A DNA stretch of 64,000 nucleotides, taken from positions 10,308 to 74,307 of the IMG/VR virus record IMGVR_UViG_3300044843_000488. One strand, 5' to 3'. The stretch comes from a virus. Position numbers and translations under genes: made by a program. Under the pieces are notes generated by a model. It was not told where the DNA came from, did no database searches, and worked only from the letters and a program-made list of their open reading frames with translations. How positions within the stretch are numbered: position 1 is the stretch's first letter; each line of letters begins with the position of its first letter. This document shows positions 38,770 to 47,300 of this stretch, piece by piece.

Positions 38770-40311
38770 TCACCATTTGGCTTGATTTGCCCAGTAGGCT
38801 GCGCTCATCTTGCCCTTTGCAATGTTCGACGCATGGCGTGCTTTCCAGGCGCGGCGTCGAGATGCATATGCCTTTGACTCACCTTGTTTCGGTGGGCTCC
38901 CTTCGACACCTTGCTGGCCAAAGCGGATCAGCTTCACATCACCACCTTCACGGGCCAGTACGGCGTGCGATTTGGTCGGGTGGTTGGGGGTGCGCTTCGG
39001 CTTGTTGTAGTCGGAGAATGTTTCGCCGTGATGCTCCACCGCATCCCCAGTACGGCGCCTAGGCTGAGCTCCGTATTTACCTTGACCTTTTTCGCGCATC
39101 CGGCGGAGAGCTTCTACCTCCTTGACGGTCATTCGCCGGCCTTTTGACGCCACCCAGGGACCCTTAGGTACCAGGGTGGCCTGCGTCTTTCCCAGGCTGG
39201 CTTTGCTCGCGTGACGGAGCGCAACGGCGCCGCCGGCTACCAGGGCAGCGGTTGCAGCCGCTTTGGCGACCTGGCGTCCTTCGCCAGATCCCTTGTGGCA
39301 CTTCTTCGACTCCTCGATTGCTGAGGAGCCGCACTTCTTGTCTGCACGCTGCTCCTCGGCATCGAGCCCGAAGCGCTCCTGCCAACTACGGCGATCTGGC
39401 TTAGGCCCCCGGCGGCGTTGGGGCCGGAGGTTGCTGGTCTGGCGGCGCCCTGAGCGGAAGTCCTTTGCTCTCTGCTCGATGGTGCGAACTACCTTCTCAG
39501 CTGTGTTGTAGTTGCCTGTCAGGAGTCCCTCAATGTTTCGGGTCGCCTTGGTGATGCTGGCGATTCTGCGTGTGGTGACCGATCTGGCTGTCTCTTTCTC
39601 CTGAATCTGCCGAGTCAGGCGATTAAGTGTCGTGTCCAGGGAGCGAAGGCTCCGGCGTTGGGCAGTTGTTCCTCCCTGAGTCCCCATGCGGGTCATCAGG
39701 CTGGAGCGTTCACGCTCGTAAACCTCACGCTTGCTCTTGAGCTTGCCGATGCTTTCACCCATTCGGCGAGAAGCGATCTGCGTCTGTGCCAACACACCTT
39801 TTAGTTGCCTGAGTCGTGTTCGCCCTCTCTGGTTCTGGGCCAGGCTGGCTCCCATGTTTGCGCCAGCTTGAAAAGCGCCAACGCCCATGTTTACGACACC
39901 TGCCGCAGCGCCTGTTGGGCCGGGAAGGTTGGATGCCATACCTGCAATGTTGGACATCACACCCATACGGTTCGCTACACGGCGAGTGGCTTGAGGATTC
40001 TTGCTGGCCAGGTAGCCAGCCCCCACAGCCGCCCCCGCCACGCCAGCAGCACCAGCCAGCACCCGGATAGTCTGATTTCTCCGGCGGCGGGTTCGTAGCC
40101 CCCTCAGTCTTTCTTTTTGAGCGCCACTCAGCTGGACCTCATTCCCCCGGGTTGGGGGTGTATCGCCTTCGCCCCGGATCCGGCAGTTCCAGTTTTTTGG
40201 GATGCAACGGCCCCCGCAGGGCTTTCCGTTTGCGGTGCACTTTCTCTGAGCGGCTACGTCACCACGCAGTGCTGCGAGGTAGAGATCTTTGGCTTCTTCT
40301 CTCTTCGTCAC
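38770..40311 (-). CDS. Large modular basic head-region protein
   Basis: GKPCGGRCIP..C, RADKKCGSSAI..KKC, C-terminal YNKPKRTP.HPTKSH..KLIRFGQQG..SAAYWA domain. Confidence 0.7.
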   Translation of the reverse strand: MTKREEAKDLYLAALRGDVAAQRKCTANGKPCGGRCIPKNWNCRIRGEGDTPPTRGNEVQLSGAQKERLRGLRTRRRRNQTIRVLAGAAGVAGAAVGAGYLASKNPQATRRVANRMGVMSNIAGMASNLPGPTGAAAGVVNMGVGAFQAGANMGASLAQNQRGRTRLRQLKGVLAQTQIASRRMGESIGKLKSKREVYERERSSLMTRMGTQGGTTAQRRSLRSLDTTLNRLTRQIQEKETARSVTTRRIASITKATRNIEGLLTGNYNTAEKVVRTIEQRAKDFRSGRRQTSNLRPQRRRGPKPDRRSWQERFGLDAEEQRADKKCGSSAIEESKKCHKGSGEGRQVAKAAATAALVAGGAVALRHASKASLGKTQATLVPKGPWVASKGRRMTVKEVEALRRMREKGQGKYGAQPRRRTGDAVEHHGETFSDYNKPKRTPNHPTKSHAVLAREGGDVKLIRFGQQGVEGSPPKQGESKAYASRRRAWKARHASNIAKGKMSAAYWANQAKW

Positions 40312-42116
40312 GGGTAATCAAAGACAGATGTTTGCAGATGCTCGATATCGCTTTCCTTGATTTGCTGCACTCCAGTGTTCCTGCCAGGAGCGAAAGTTTG
40401 CAGGGCTTTAGAGGCGGAACGCGATGAGTAGAAGCCGAGCAGAAGCGGTCCTACTTCCATTGTGCCGTCTTCCCGCACAAAATGACCGCGATAAATCTTA
40501 CGGTCGTTGAATCGATTTCCCACCAATACTACGTTTTCGGCGTCCTTCCTGTGGCCCAGGGTGTCCGTCAAAACACACATTCGATACACCCCATTTGACG
40601 CATTGGCTTGGAGGGTCAAACCATGCATGTGGATGATCTCTTCAGAGTCGGTGTTGACCTGCTGCTCTTCCGCAGAGGTAGTCTGCTCGGTTTGCGGGGT
40701 GAGCTGTTGCTCCAGCGCTGCTTGTTGACCGACAAAGCCCTGAACCATGGACTCCTGCTCAAGTTCCCGCTTGAGCTGCAGGGCTTGCTCTTCTTCCTCC
40801 AGGAGTACCGTATCCATGCTGTACTCAGTGCCACCGAAACGGGATTGTCGGATCTCCATAGGTGTCAGCACGCCCATGTCGACGTAGAGCTTGTCTGTGT
40901 CGGCGACTTGCTTGCGTAATTCGGATTTGTCCTTATCAGACTCCGAGAAGTAGGGAGGGAAGTAGACGCTCCATTCCTCGGGTACTTGACCCCTGGTTGG
41001 TCCTTGCGGCATGGAGAGAACCAGCTGGAAGAACTGGTTCAAGGGCTTGCGGAGACTGTGGGTCTGGTAGCGCTCCACTGATTGCGCCCAGGACTTGTCT
41101 TCGTACTTACCAGATTCGGACAATCCTCCAGCAGGTGACTGGCCGAACAGCAGGGTTTTGGGCATGTCCGCTGCTGCTACGAGGTCGTCGAGCAGCCGGT
41201 CAAACAGATCCTGTGCCCCAGAAAGGCTACGGGAAGCAAAACTTACTTCCTCCTCCGTGTCCAGAGCCATGCCGCCGTAGAGCGATCTGGCCAGCGCATT
41301 CGCCTCCATGCGAGCCCGCAACGCAGACTCTTTACCTGCGGTGACTTTGCTCGCTAAGCCCGGGATCTTGTGGACAAACAGGTCCATTTCGTTGAGCATC
41401 GTGGCCATACCGTCTGTTGCACCCCGGTACCGCTTCCACACCTCGTAGAAGGGTTGCAGGTACGACATACCCCAACCCTCATTGATCAGCCGTTGTCGCC
41501 AGGGGAGGAATAGTCCGTCGAAGCGCAGAACCCTTGAGCTGTGGACGAGCAGGTATTGAAGGTCGTTTTCTTGAAAGACGGCTTTGCTAGTTGAGATCCG
41601 GTAGAACTCGGGGTTCCTGTAGTTGAGGTAGTTGTAGTCGTTGGGCGTAATTTCTCGTCTGGAGAGGGGGACGAGGTCTGCAATGCCCCGTATAAGCTCA
41701 GGCCGTACAGGCTGATCAGGAGCCAGCCCATCATCGAGCACCATAAAGAGTGCAGCCCCTCCGTACAAGCGTTGGAGCTTGAGCGCCTCTTCGCTGTAGT
41801 CAAAGAAATTGAGATCTTCTAGATAGTTCTCAAACGACTTTACTGTCCCTTCGTAGTCTTCTGTCTCTTCGCTGATCTTGATTGTCGGTTGCTCCGTTAC
41901 AGCTGCTTCGGCATAAATATCGATTACCCGGCGGCACAGCGGGTCGTAGTACAGCGCCTCCAGTTCCTGCTCAGCCAGCAGCCTTGGGGTACGGACGGCG
42001 TAATACTCGCTCTTATCTTTGGTAGTGCCCAGGCCGGTGATGGCATTGATCAATACGCCGTCGTTCCGGACCTCGGAATCAAGCCTAATATCAGGAGTTT
42101 CAGAAGTTTCCGACAA
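40308..42116 (-). CDS. Portal protein (DUF1073 family) with C-terminal extension
   Basis: RLYGGA, VHSSRVLRF.G, WG.S.L, P.T.LFGQSPAG; lies between terminase and MuF. Confidence 0.88.
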   Translation of the reverse strand: MSETSETPDIRLDSEVRNDGVLINAITGLGTTKDKSEYYAVRTPRLLAEQELEALYYDPLCRRVIDIYAEAAVTEQPTIKISEETEDYEGTVKSFENYLEDLNFFDYSEEALKLQRLYGGAALFMVLDDGLAPDQPVRPELIRGIADLVPLSRREITPNDYNYLNYRNPEFYRISTSKAVFQENDLQYLLVHSSRVLRFDGLFLPWRQRLINEGWGMSYLQPFYEVWKRYRGATDGMATMLNEMDLFVHKIPGLASKVTAGKESALRARMEANALARSLYGGMALDTEEEVSFASRSLSGAQDLFDRLLDDLVAAADMPKTLLFGQSPAGGLSESGKYEDKSWAQSVERYQTHSLRKPLNQFFQLVLSMPQGPTRGQVPEEWSVYFPPYFSESDKDKSELRKQVADTDKLYVDMGVLTPMEIRQSRFGGTEYSMDTVLLEEEEQALQLKRELEQESMVQGFVGQQAALEQQLTPQTEQTTSAEEQQVNTDSEEIIHMHGLTLQANASNGVYRMCVLTDTLGHRKDAENVVLVGNRFNDRKIYRGHFVREDGTMEVGPLLLGFYSSRSASKALQTFAPGRNTGVQQIKESDIEHLQTSVFDYP

Positions 42117-42151
42117 AGTTTCAGCGCAAACTCTTTAACTCCAGCGTAACG

Positions 42152-42382
42152 TCAACCGTTTTCCTGTGCGTCGGTTTTTCCGTACATATAGCCTGTCACG
42201 TAAGCCAAATGGATCCACTTGTACATCAAGTCCTCTCTTGTCTTCAAATCCTCTACGGCGCAGTCACCGTAGAAGTATTCAGACATGAAGGTAAAAGGTC
42301 CGCTGAAACTCTGAAACCACTCCTGGAATGAGATTTGAGAGGCGTCATCCCAGTCCCATTGCTGAGTCGGGATCTTGCTCAC
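42152..42382 (-). CDS. Hypothetical protein
   Basis: Coupled small ORF, FQEWF..FYGD motif. Confidence 0.6.
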   Translation of the reverse strand: MSKIPTQQWDWDDASQISFQEWFQSFSGPFTFMSEYFYGDCAVEDLKTREDLMYKWIHLAYVTGYMYGKTDAQENG

Positions 42383-42600
42383 TGTGTTGCTTCCATCATG
42401 AGAACATCCGATGCTTGCCAGAAACCTTCTTCCGCTAGCCAGTTAGCCACGCACTCCAGTACCAGGCGTGCATCGTCTTCGTAGTCAACTCTGTCATTCC
42501 AATCAGCAATGATGTCGGCAATCTGAGTGATGAGAGCCGGGGGATGAATTTCCGTCATTTGTTCTGACCGTATGAGATCTTCAGCATTTTCTGTATTCAA
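42379..42600 (-). CDS. Hypothetical acidic protein
   Basis: Coupled small ORF. Confidence 0.55.
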   Translation of the reverse strand: MNTENAEDLIRSEQMTEIHPPALITQIADIIADWNDRVDYEDDARLVLECVANWLAEEGFWQASDVLMMEATQ

Positions 42601-42606
42601 TCGTGG

Positions 42607-42819
42607 CTAGGTCGGTGTCAGTCCTTCAGGTAACGCCAGAGTGGTCATGATCGATTCCCATTCGGAGTCGGATACCATCTGGTCGTCAGCTGCAGCTCCC
42701 CACTCATCGAGTTTCTGGAGCCACTGCTGAATTCGTGAGTGATCCATCGTGATGTTCCTGTAGACATAGAGACGGCTCAGGAACTTCCGATAGGTGTCCG
42801 CCCTCTGCTTGTCGTTCAT
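42607..42819 (-). CDS. Hypothetical protein
   Basis: ATGA-coupled small ORF. Confidence 0.55.
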   Translation of the reverse strand: MNDKQRADTYRKFLSRLYVYRNITMDHSRIQQWLQKLDEWGAAADDQMVSDSEWESIMTTLALPEGLTPT

Positions 42820-43064
42820 TGCTCACCCATTTCCGGGGTGCTTTCACCCTCGGCTGGGGTGGTTTTGAAAAGCTTGTCGTGAGCTGCTCGAAACCATAGG
42901 GCCTGCTGCATGAAGCGGTCCTCCTCTTCCACGAGCACGGCCTTGAGGTCCGTTAGGAACGTCACTATGTTCCCCTCGTCGAGGTACTCCGCTACGGCGC
43001 CTCGCAACAGCCGCTTGTGATGGCTGTCGTCCTCTGTATTGAAAGCGGGGGTCGAAAATGGCAC
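42816..43064 (-). CDS. Hypothetical protein
   Basis: Small ORF abutting the terminase stop. Confidence 0.55.
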   Translation of the reverse strand: MPFSTPAFNTEDDSHHKRLLRGAVAEYLDEGNIVTFLTDLKAVLVEEEDRFMQQALWFRAAHDKLFKTTPAEGESTPEMGEQ

Positions 43065-44479
43065 TAGATCAAGTCCAACCAGTCAGTCGTGGGCGTTGTA
43101 GCAACTGCAGACAGCGCCAGCGCAAGAGCCATGACTGAGTCGTCGTGAGCACCATCGCCTGCACAGCGATCTCCGGTTTCGAGCTGCCGGAACATCAGCA
43201 TCTCGTGATAAAAGGGCTCTCTTGGAACGACGAGCTCCTCCCGCTCTAGGAAGTAGGTGATGCGGTCGGTATTGCTGATCTTGTTGGGACGGTTGGTGTT
43301 GTAGGGCTCGACCATGTACTTGGCCAGTGCCTTAGAAAGAACCTCAGATACGACAGCACCAACGCCGTTCTTTTCGCAGATCACCTTGTTAGGGGTGAAG
43401 TTCTCTGCCTGCTCGATGATCTGTTGGATGCAGTAGTCGCTGGACTTGTAGCGGGTGCGGAAGATGTTGACGACTCGGTAGGGCGGCTTGGTTATATCCA
43501 GGACGACAGAGCACCAGAAGTCGTCGCCACCTGCTGCCGGGTCGACGGCCATGATGTAGTCGCGGTTCATCAGACCGCACTCGATAAGCTCCCCGTGGCA
43601 TGCCTTCTCCACCAGGAGCGGGGGGAAGATCTGAGCGTCGGAGGCGACGAAGTCCATTTCGTACTCCTGACGCCAAGCCCGGTCTGTCAGCTTGGCCTTC
43701 GCCTTGGTCTTCTCCGCCCACTGAGGGTCGGCGGCGTAGATCGGGATGTCGGAGTAGTGGATGCGGAAGCGGTTCCAGCCGTCTTCCTCTTCGCCATGCC
43801 AAAGGTTGGCGAACATGTTGCCCATGCCATTCGGCGTGGACAGCAGGATGAGCTTGCCCCGGTCGCCCAGGGTGGCCATCGTGGGTTGCGCTGCGGTGTA
43901 GATCTCTTCAGCGCCGTCTAGGAAAGCGGCCTCATCCAGGACAACAACCGAAACGCTTGGGATTCCACGAGCTGCGCGAGGCGTCGCAGGGAGGAAGTAA
44001 ATCGTGCCAAGGCCCTTAAACGAGAGCTCACTATTTGATTCTGTCGTGAACTCGATTCCTGAATCAGCAATACTGGCCGCTTGTGCGCGAATCCTTTTAC
44101 CCAGCGCACCAGAGTCAGAGGCAGTTTTAGAGAACACAACCGCTGCAAACCCAGGCTCAGTCAGGGCTCGACACAGTAAATAGGAGCACACCGTTTCCGA
44201 TGCGCCCACCTGGCGACTTTTTAGGACAATTGTGTACTGACTCTGACAAATGGAGTTGATCAGCTGCTTCTGAATATCGAAGGGCTGGAAGGGTTTGACG
44301 CTACCGGATGTACGAATCCAGGTCAGCGGGGCGAATTGATCCCAGTGATCAGCAGTGGGGAAGCGAGGTTTGAAGCCAACGGCGGTGGAGGTGAGGCGTT
44401 TTTGTTCCTCTTCCTTCTCACGCTGCGCTTGTAATTTCTCTAACCTCTCCAACCGGGTTAAGAGCTTGGCGCTGGGCAT
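43064..44479 (-). CDS. terL: Terminase large subunit
   Basis: Walker A LKSRQVGAS, Walker B VVLDEAAF, STPNG, nuclease VDPA..D, EKNGVG, HDDSVMALAL. Confidence 0.93.
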   Translation of the reverse strand: MPSAKLLTRLERLEKLQAQREKEEEQKRLTSTAVGFKPRFPTADHWDQFAPLTWIRTSGSVKPFQPFDIQKQLINSICQSQYTIVLKSRQVGASETVCSYLLCRALTEPGFAAVVFSKTASDSGALGKRIRAQAASIADSGIEFTTESNSELSFKGLGTIYFLPATPRAARGIPSVSVVVLDEAAFLDGAEEIYTAAQPTMATLGDRGKLILLSTPNGMGNMFANLWHGEEEDGWNRFRIHYSDIPIYAADPQWAEKTKAKAKLTDRAWRQEYEMDFVASDAQIFPPLLVEKACHGELIECGLMNRDYIMAVDPAAGGDDFWCSVVLDITKPPYRVVNIFRTRYKSSDYCIQQIIEQAENFTPNKVICEKNGVGAVVSEVLSKALAKYMVEPYNTNRPNKISNTDRITYFLEREELVVPREPFYHEMLMFRQLETGDRCAGDGAHDDSVMALALALSAVATTPTTDWLDLI

Positions 44480-44846
44480 TGGCTTCTAGATGTTCCAGGC
44501 GGCGCTCAATCGTTCTCGCTTCGTATTGCTTATGAGCCGAGTCGATGAGGATCTTGATAGCCTGAACTTTAACGCTCACACTGATTTCCGGATCGTCGTT
44601 ATCGATGATCTCTCGGAGCTTCTGGATCGCCTCGGGCAGAGCTTCTGAGGTGACACCGAAGGTTCGGTGGAAAATTTCTTGCTGGTACTGCCAGATGGCG
44701 TCGTTGAACTCTTCCAGTTGCTTCCACGCGCGGATGCCCTCGGTTGAGCACTTGGCACGCTTCGCTGCCTCCCGCCAGGTTAAGCCAGCTGCTAGTCCCT
44801 GGGCCGCCAGAACCTGGCGCTCATTCAACTCCTTTGGTCTTTCCAT
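44418..44846 (-). CDS. terS: Terminase small subunit (N-terminal HTH)
   Basis: LNERQ..AA..LAAG....EAA HTH, immediately upstream of terL. Confidence 0.7.
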   Translation of the reverse strand: MERPKELNERQVLAAQGLAAGLTWREAAKRAKCSTEGIRAWKQLEEFNDAIWQYQQEIFHRTFGVTSEALPEAIQKLREIIDNDDPEISVSVKVQAIKILIDSAHKQYEARTIERRLEHLEANAQRQALNPVGEVREITSAA

Positions 44847-45036
44847 TGAATTGTTCTGAGAGATTCTGTGCTGCTTCCATCGCCGCCCAACGCATTCCCG
44901 CTGGCTGGATGACGAAGGCGAGTCGAGCTAGCTCGATTGCGGTCTTAAGGAGTTGCTCATGGCTCATCTTTTCAAGCCCTTTTACCAGATTGGCGTAACG
45001 AAGCTGATCGTTAACACTGGCCTCAATCTTCGTCAT
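44821..45036 (-). CDS. Hypothetical protein
   Basis: Likely start MTKIEAS; operon-packed. Confidence 0.55.
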   Translation of the reverse strand: MTKIEASVNDQLRYANLVKGLEKMSHEQLLKTAIELARLAFVIQPAGMRWAAMEAAQNLSEQFNGKTKGVE

Positions 45037-45427
45037 CGTCGCTCTCGCTTGCGGAGATGCCCTCATGCTGTTCAGCCAGAGCGGATCCCAGACGAGAAAT
45101 GAGTGTGCGGGCGAAGGGGTAGGCAGCTGCCTCGTTCCCTGCTTTGATCCCCCGCTTGATCATGCGAAATAGTTCTTTGTTTTCTGAGCGGCTGTGCCTT
45201 GACTCTTCAAGGCAGGCTCCCATGATTTCTTCCATCGTGCTGTAGTCAGCACGTGCCGCGACCTTGCGGGTGTAGGCGTATGTCAGAACTGAGGCCAGGC
45301 CCCACTCGTCGTAACTCCGTACTAGATCACCGTCGTCATCGATCTCCTCGAACTGTTTGGCAAGAGGATGAACGTACGCTGAAGGAATCAGCGCGAGCGG
45401 TACAGCACAATCTGTGGTGTATTCCAC
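45023..45427 (-). CDS. Hypothetical protein
   Basis: 134-aa ORF with acidic tail. Confidence 0.6.
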   Translation of the reverse strand: MEYTTDCAVPLALIPSAYVHPLAKQFEEIDDDGDLVRSYDEWGLASVLTYAYTRKVAARADYSTMEEIMGACLEESRHSRSENKELFRMIKRGIKAGNEAAAYPFARTLISRLGSALAEQHEGISASESDDDED

Positions 45428-45461
45428 TGGCAGTAGAAGTACCTGCCCTATTCAAGCGTTT

Positions 45462-45626
45462 TTATAGCGCAAATTTTTTCCCGGGAGTACGGCGGATACG
45501 GTACGGCGCGTCTCCACTGATAAATCTGTTGTTTGCTTGCCTGATTTCCTCGTCAGTGATCGACATAATCGTGTACAGATCCCCAGAGGGTTCTGTGAGC
45601 TTGACCATTACTGCGGGAGCGCCCAT
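45462..45626 (-). CDS. Small hypothetical protein (start uncertain)
   Basis: Manual translation MGAPAVMVKLTEPSGDLYTIMSITDEEIRQANNRF..KKFAL*. Confidence 0.4.
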   Translation of the reverse strand: MGAPAVMVKLTEPSGDLYTIMSITDEEIRQANNRFISGDAPYRIRRTPGKKFAL

Positions 45627-45688
45627 TCTTCGGCTTTCGGCGATCCCAAAATTAGCCTCAAATGCTGCCTCAAGCCTTAAGACAAAAC

Positions 45689-45880
45689 CTAGTCTTGCCA
45701 GTCATCGTCGTACACCGATACCGAGCTAAATCTCGATTCTTTAGGGGTACGCTTTGGCTGCCTGTGGACTCGTATTATCTCGAATCCCAATAAACGACAA
45801 ATACGCGAAATCCAGCTAAACCGCTTGCCCATGGCGTTTTTCGCTTTTTCCAGTTTTACATCAATGGTGAATCTTTGCAT
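45689..45880 (-). CDS. Hypothetical protein
   Basis: 63-aa ORF. Confidence 0.4.
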   Translation of the reverse strand: MQRFTIDVKLEKAKNAMGKRFSWISRICRLLGFEIIRVHRQPKRTPKESRFSSVSVYDDDWQD

Positions 45881-45886
45881 CCATTG

Positions 45887-45918
45887 AAAAAGCCAGGCTG
45901 GGTGGTCCCAACCTGGCT
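45887..45918 (-). terminator. Rho-independent terminator candidate
   Basis: AGCCAGGTTGGG-ACCA-CCCAGCCTGGCT followed by TTTT on the minus strand. Confidence 0.65.
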
Positions 45919-46059
45919 GGTTTGGTTTTTAAAGCTACAGAATCTCTTTTGATTCGTTAGATTGAGTCCGCACCGAAGAACAAGCTCGTCAGGTGCTTAC
46001 TACCGGTGGGGGAGTGGAGTTAGAGCTTGTCCACTCCTGAAATGAGGCGGGTCCTCTGA

Positions 46060-46206
46060 TCAAGGATCCACCTCGCCCTCCAGCTGGTACCCCCACTCCG
46101 ATGCGAGGGCTTCAGCCTCTTTCATTTTTGCCTGATCTAGCAGCTCTATAACTCTCTCGCTGCACCAAAGCGTGTTTAGGTCAGCGAGAGACACAACTGT
46201 GTACAT
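46060..46206 (-). CDS. Small hypothetical protein
   Basis: Manual translation MYTVVSLADLNTLWCSERVIELLDQ..EAEALASEW..*. Confidence 0.5.
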   Translation of the reverse strand: MYTVVSLADLNTLWCSERVIELLDQAKMKEAEALASEWGYQLEGEVDP

Positions 46207-46211
46207 TGCCT

Positions 46212-46412
46212 TCACATTGCCACGTCTACTTTAGTGGTAGCTGTAGTAGTTGTGGGCTCTGTAACGGGTTCGGTGTTCAGCACTTCTAGCCGAGTGGTTG
46301 CCGAAACTATGCCGTCTGCAATTGCGCATCCTGCTTCCAGAATTTCAATTGCACGCGGTTTCAGCGCCTCTAGAAAGAACGAAACAAAAAGTGCGCGGCG
46401 TTTGAGGCTCAT
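46212..46412 (-). CDS. Hypothetical protein
   Basis: GGAGG upstream; 66 aa. Confidence 0.5.
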   Translation of the reverse strand: MSLKRRALFVSFFLEALKPRAIEILEAGCAIADGIVSATTRLEVLNTEPVTEPTTTTATTKVDVAM

Positions 46413-46437
46413 TCTTCCTCCATTTCAAAAACAGTTT

Positions 46438-46689
46438 CTAGTGCGCGTATGTATCCATCCCAGTAGATCCTGGCGTAATGCTCCTTCTCTTCTGTGTTTC
46501 GGCTGTTCTCTCTCGCATACGAGAGGAGACGGATGAGGGCTGGCCTTGAGACGTCGATTGAGGGTTCTGTGGTGATTGGCATGGTGGTAGTACGTGAGAG
46601 CCGTCTGAATAGATTTGATTAGCCCAGAAGCGTTGCATTGCCCCAGAGAGCATCCTGAAACTCTTCTTGCGCTGTTGACGTGAGGGCAT
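46438..46689 (-). CDS. Hypothetical protein
   Basis: 83-aa ORF following the previous stop. Confidence 0.4.
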   Translation of the reverse strand: MPSRQQRKKSFRMLSGAMQRFWANQIYSDGSHVLPPCQSPQNPQSTSQGQPSSVSSRMRERTAETQKRRSITPGSTGMDTYAH

Positions 46690-46691
46690 TT

Positions 46692-47042
46692 TTAGCTATG
46701 AGCTTCTATGAAGCAGTCAATGAAATCATTAACGTCAAAAGGTTTCTCGTGATGCTCGCTATACAAAGCAATTGAGTTCTCCAGTGCATCCTTAGAGCGC
46801 TTCAGCTTCGCTGCCTTTTCCGGGTAGTTATTGTCTAACTCGCATAAGCATGCGGTTAGGTCAGCGAGCATAATCCTTGCGTGATCTGTTGTGCTTGCGT
46901 TTAGCGGAACGATCAGGCTGAGTTTTATTGAACGACACCCTTCTGGATCCATTCCAAACTTGCGCATGAACTGCGCCAGCGGATCGTTGGCTATGTCCTC
47001 GTCAGCAATGGTCACGAGGCACTCGTGCATTAGTTTTGTCAT
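46692..47042 (-). CDS. Hypothetical protein
   Basis: Start MTKLM preceded by the CTCTCACC leader. Confidence 0.6.
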   Translation of the reverse strand: MTKLMHECLVTIADEDIANDPLAQFMRKFGMDPEGCRSIKLSLIVPLNASTTDHARIMLADLTACLCELDNNYPEKAAKLKRSKDALENSIALYSEHHEKPFDVNDFIDCFIEAHS

Positions 47043-47087
47043 GGTGAGAGAGAGAGAGCTGGTTCGGTGCAAAAAATAAAAATGGTG

Positions 47088-47294
47088 GCTGGGCTTACGG
47101 CTGAGCTCTTGCATCCGGCCTGGAACGAGCATTACGCGGAATCACCGGATGTCCTCGACGGGACCCATTGGCTTCAGGGAGAGGCTTGCCGCCATGTCTG
47201 GAAACACAGTGGTCCCCACCACCTGACCCGGGTAGTGGCAAGCATCACCAGGGAGAGCTAGGGGAGCATGCAAGCTCCCCATCCACCTGCCAGC
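47088..47294 (-). ncRNA. Candidate structured RNA
   Basis: Nested complementary segments GCTGG/CCAGC, GGGGAGC/GCTCCCC, AGCTCT/AGAGCT, GCTTGCC/GGCAAGC, CATCCGG/CCGGATG; possible pseudoknot GGGACC/GGTCCC. Confidence 0.45.
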
Positions 47295-47300
47295 TATCAA

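Noticed and set aside
40308-42116. Anti-CBASS Acb1 annotation for the DUF1073 protein
   Set aside because: Position and motifs indicate the portal; no 2H-phosphoesterase HxT pair recognised
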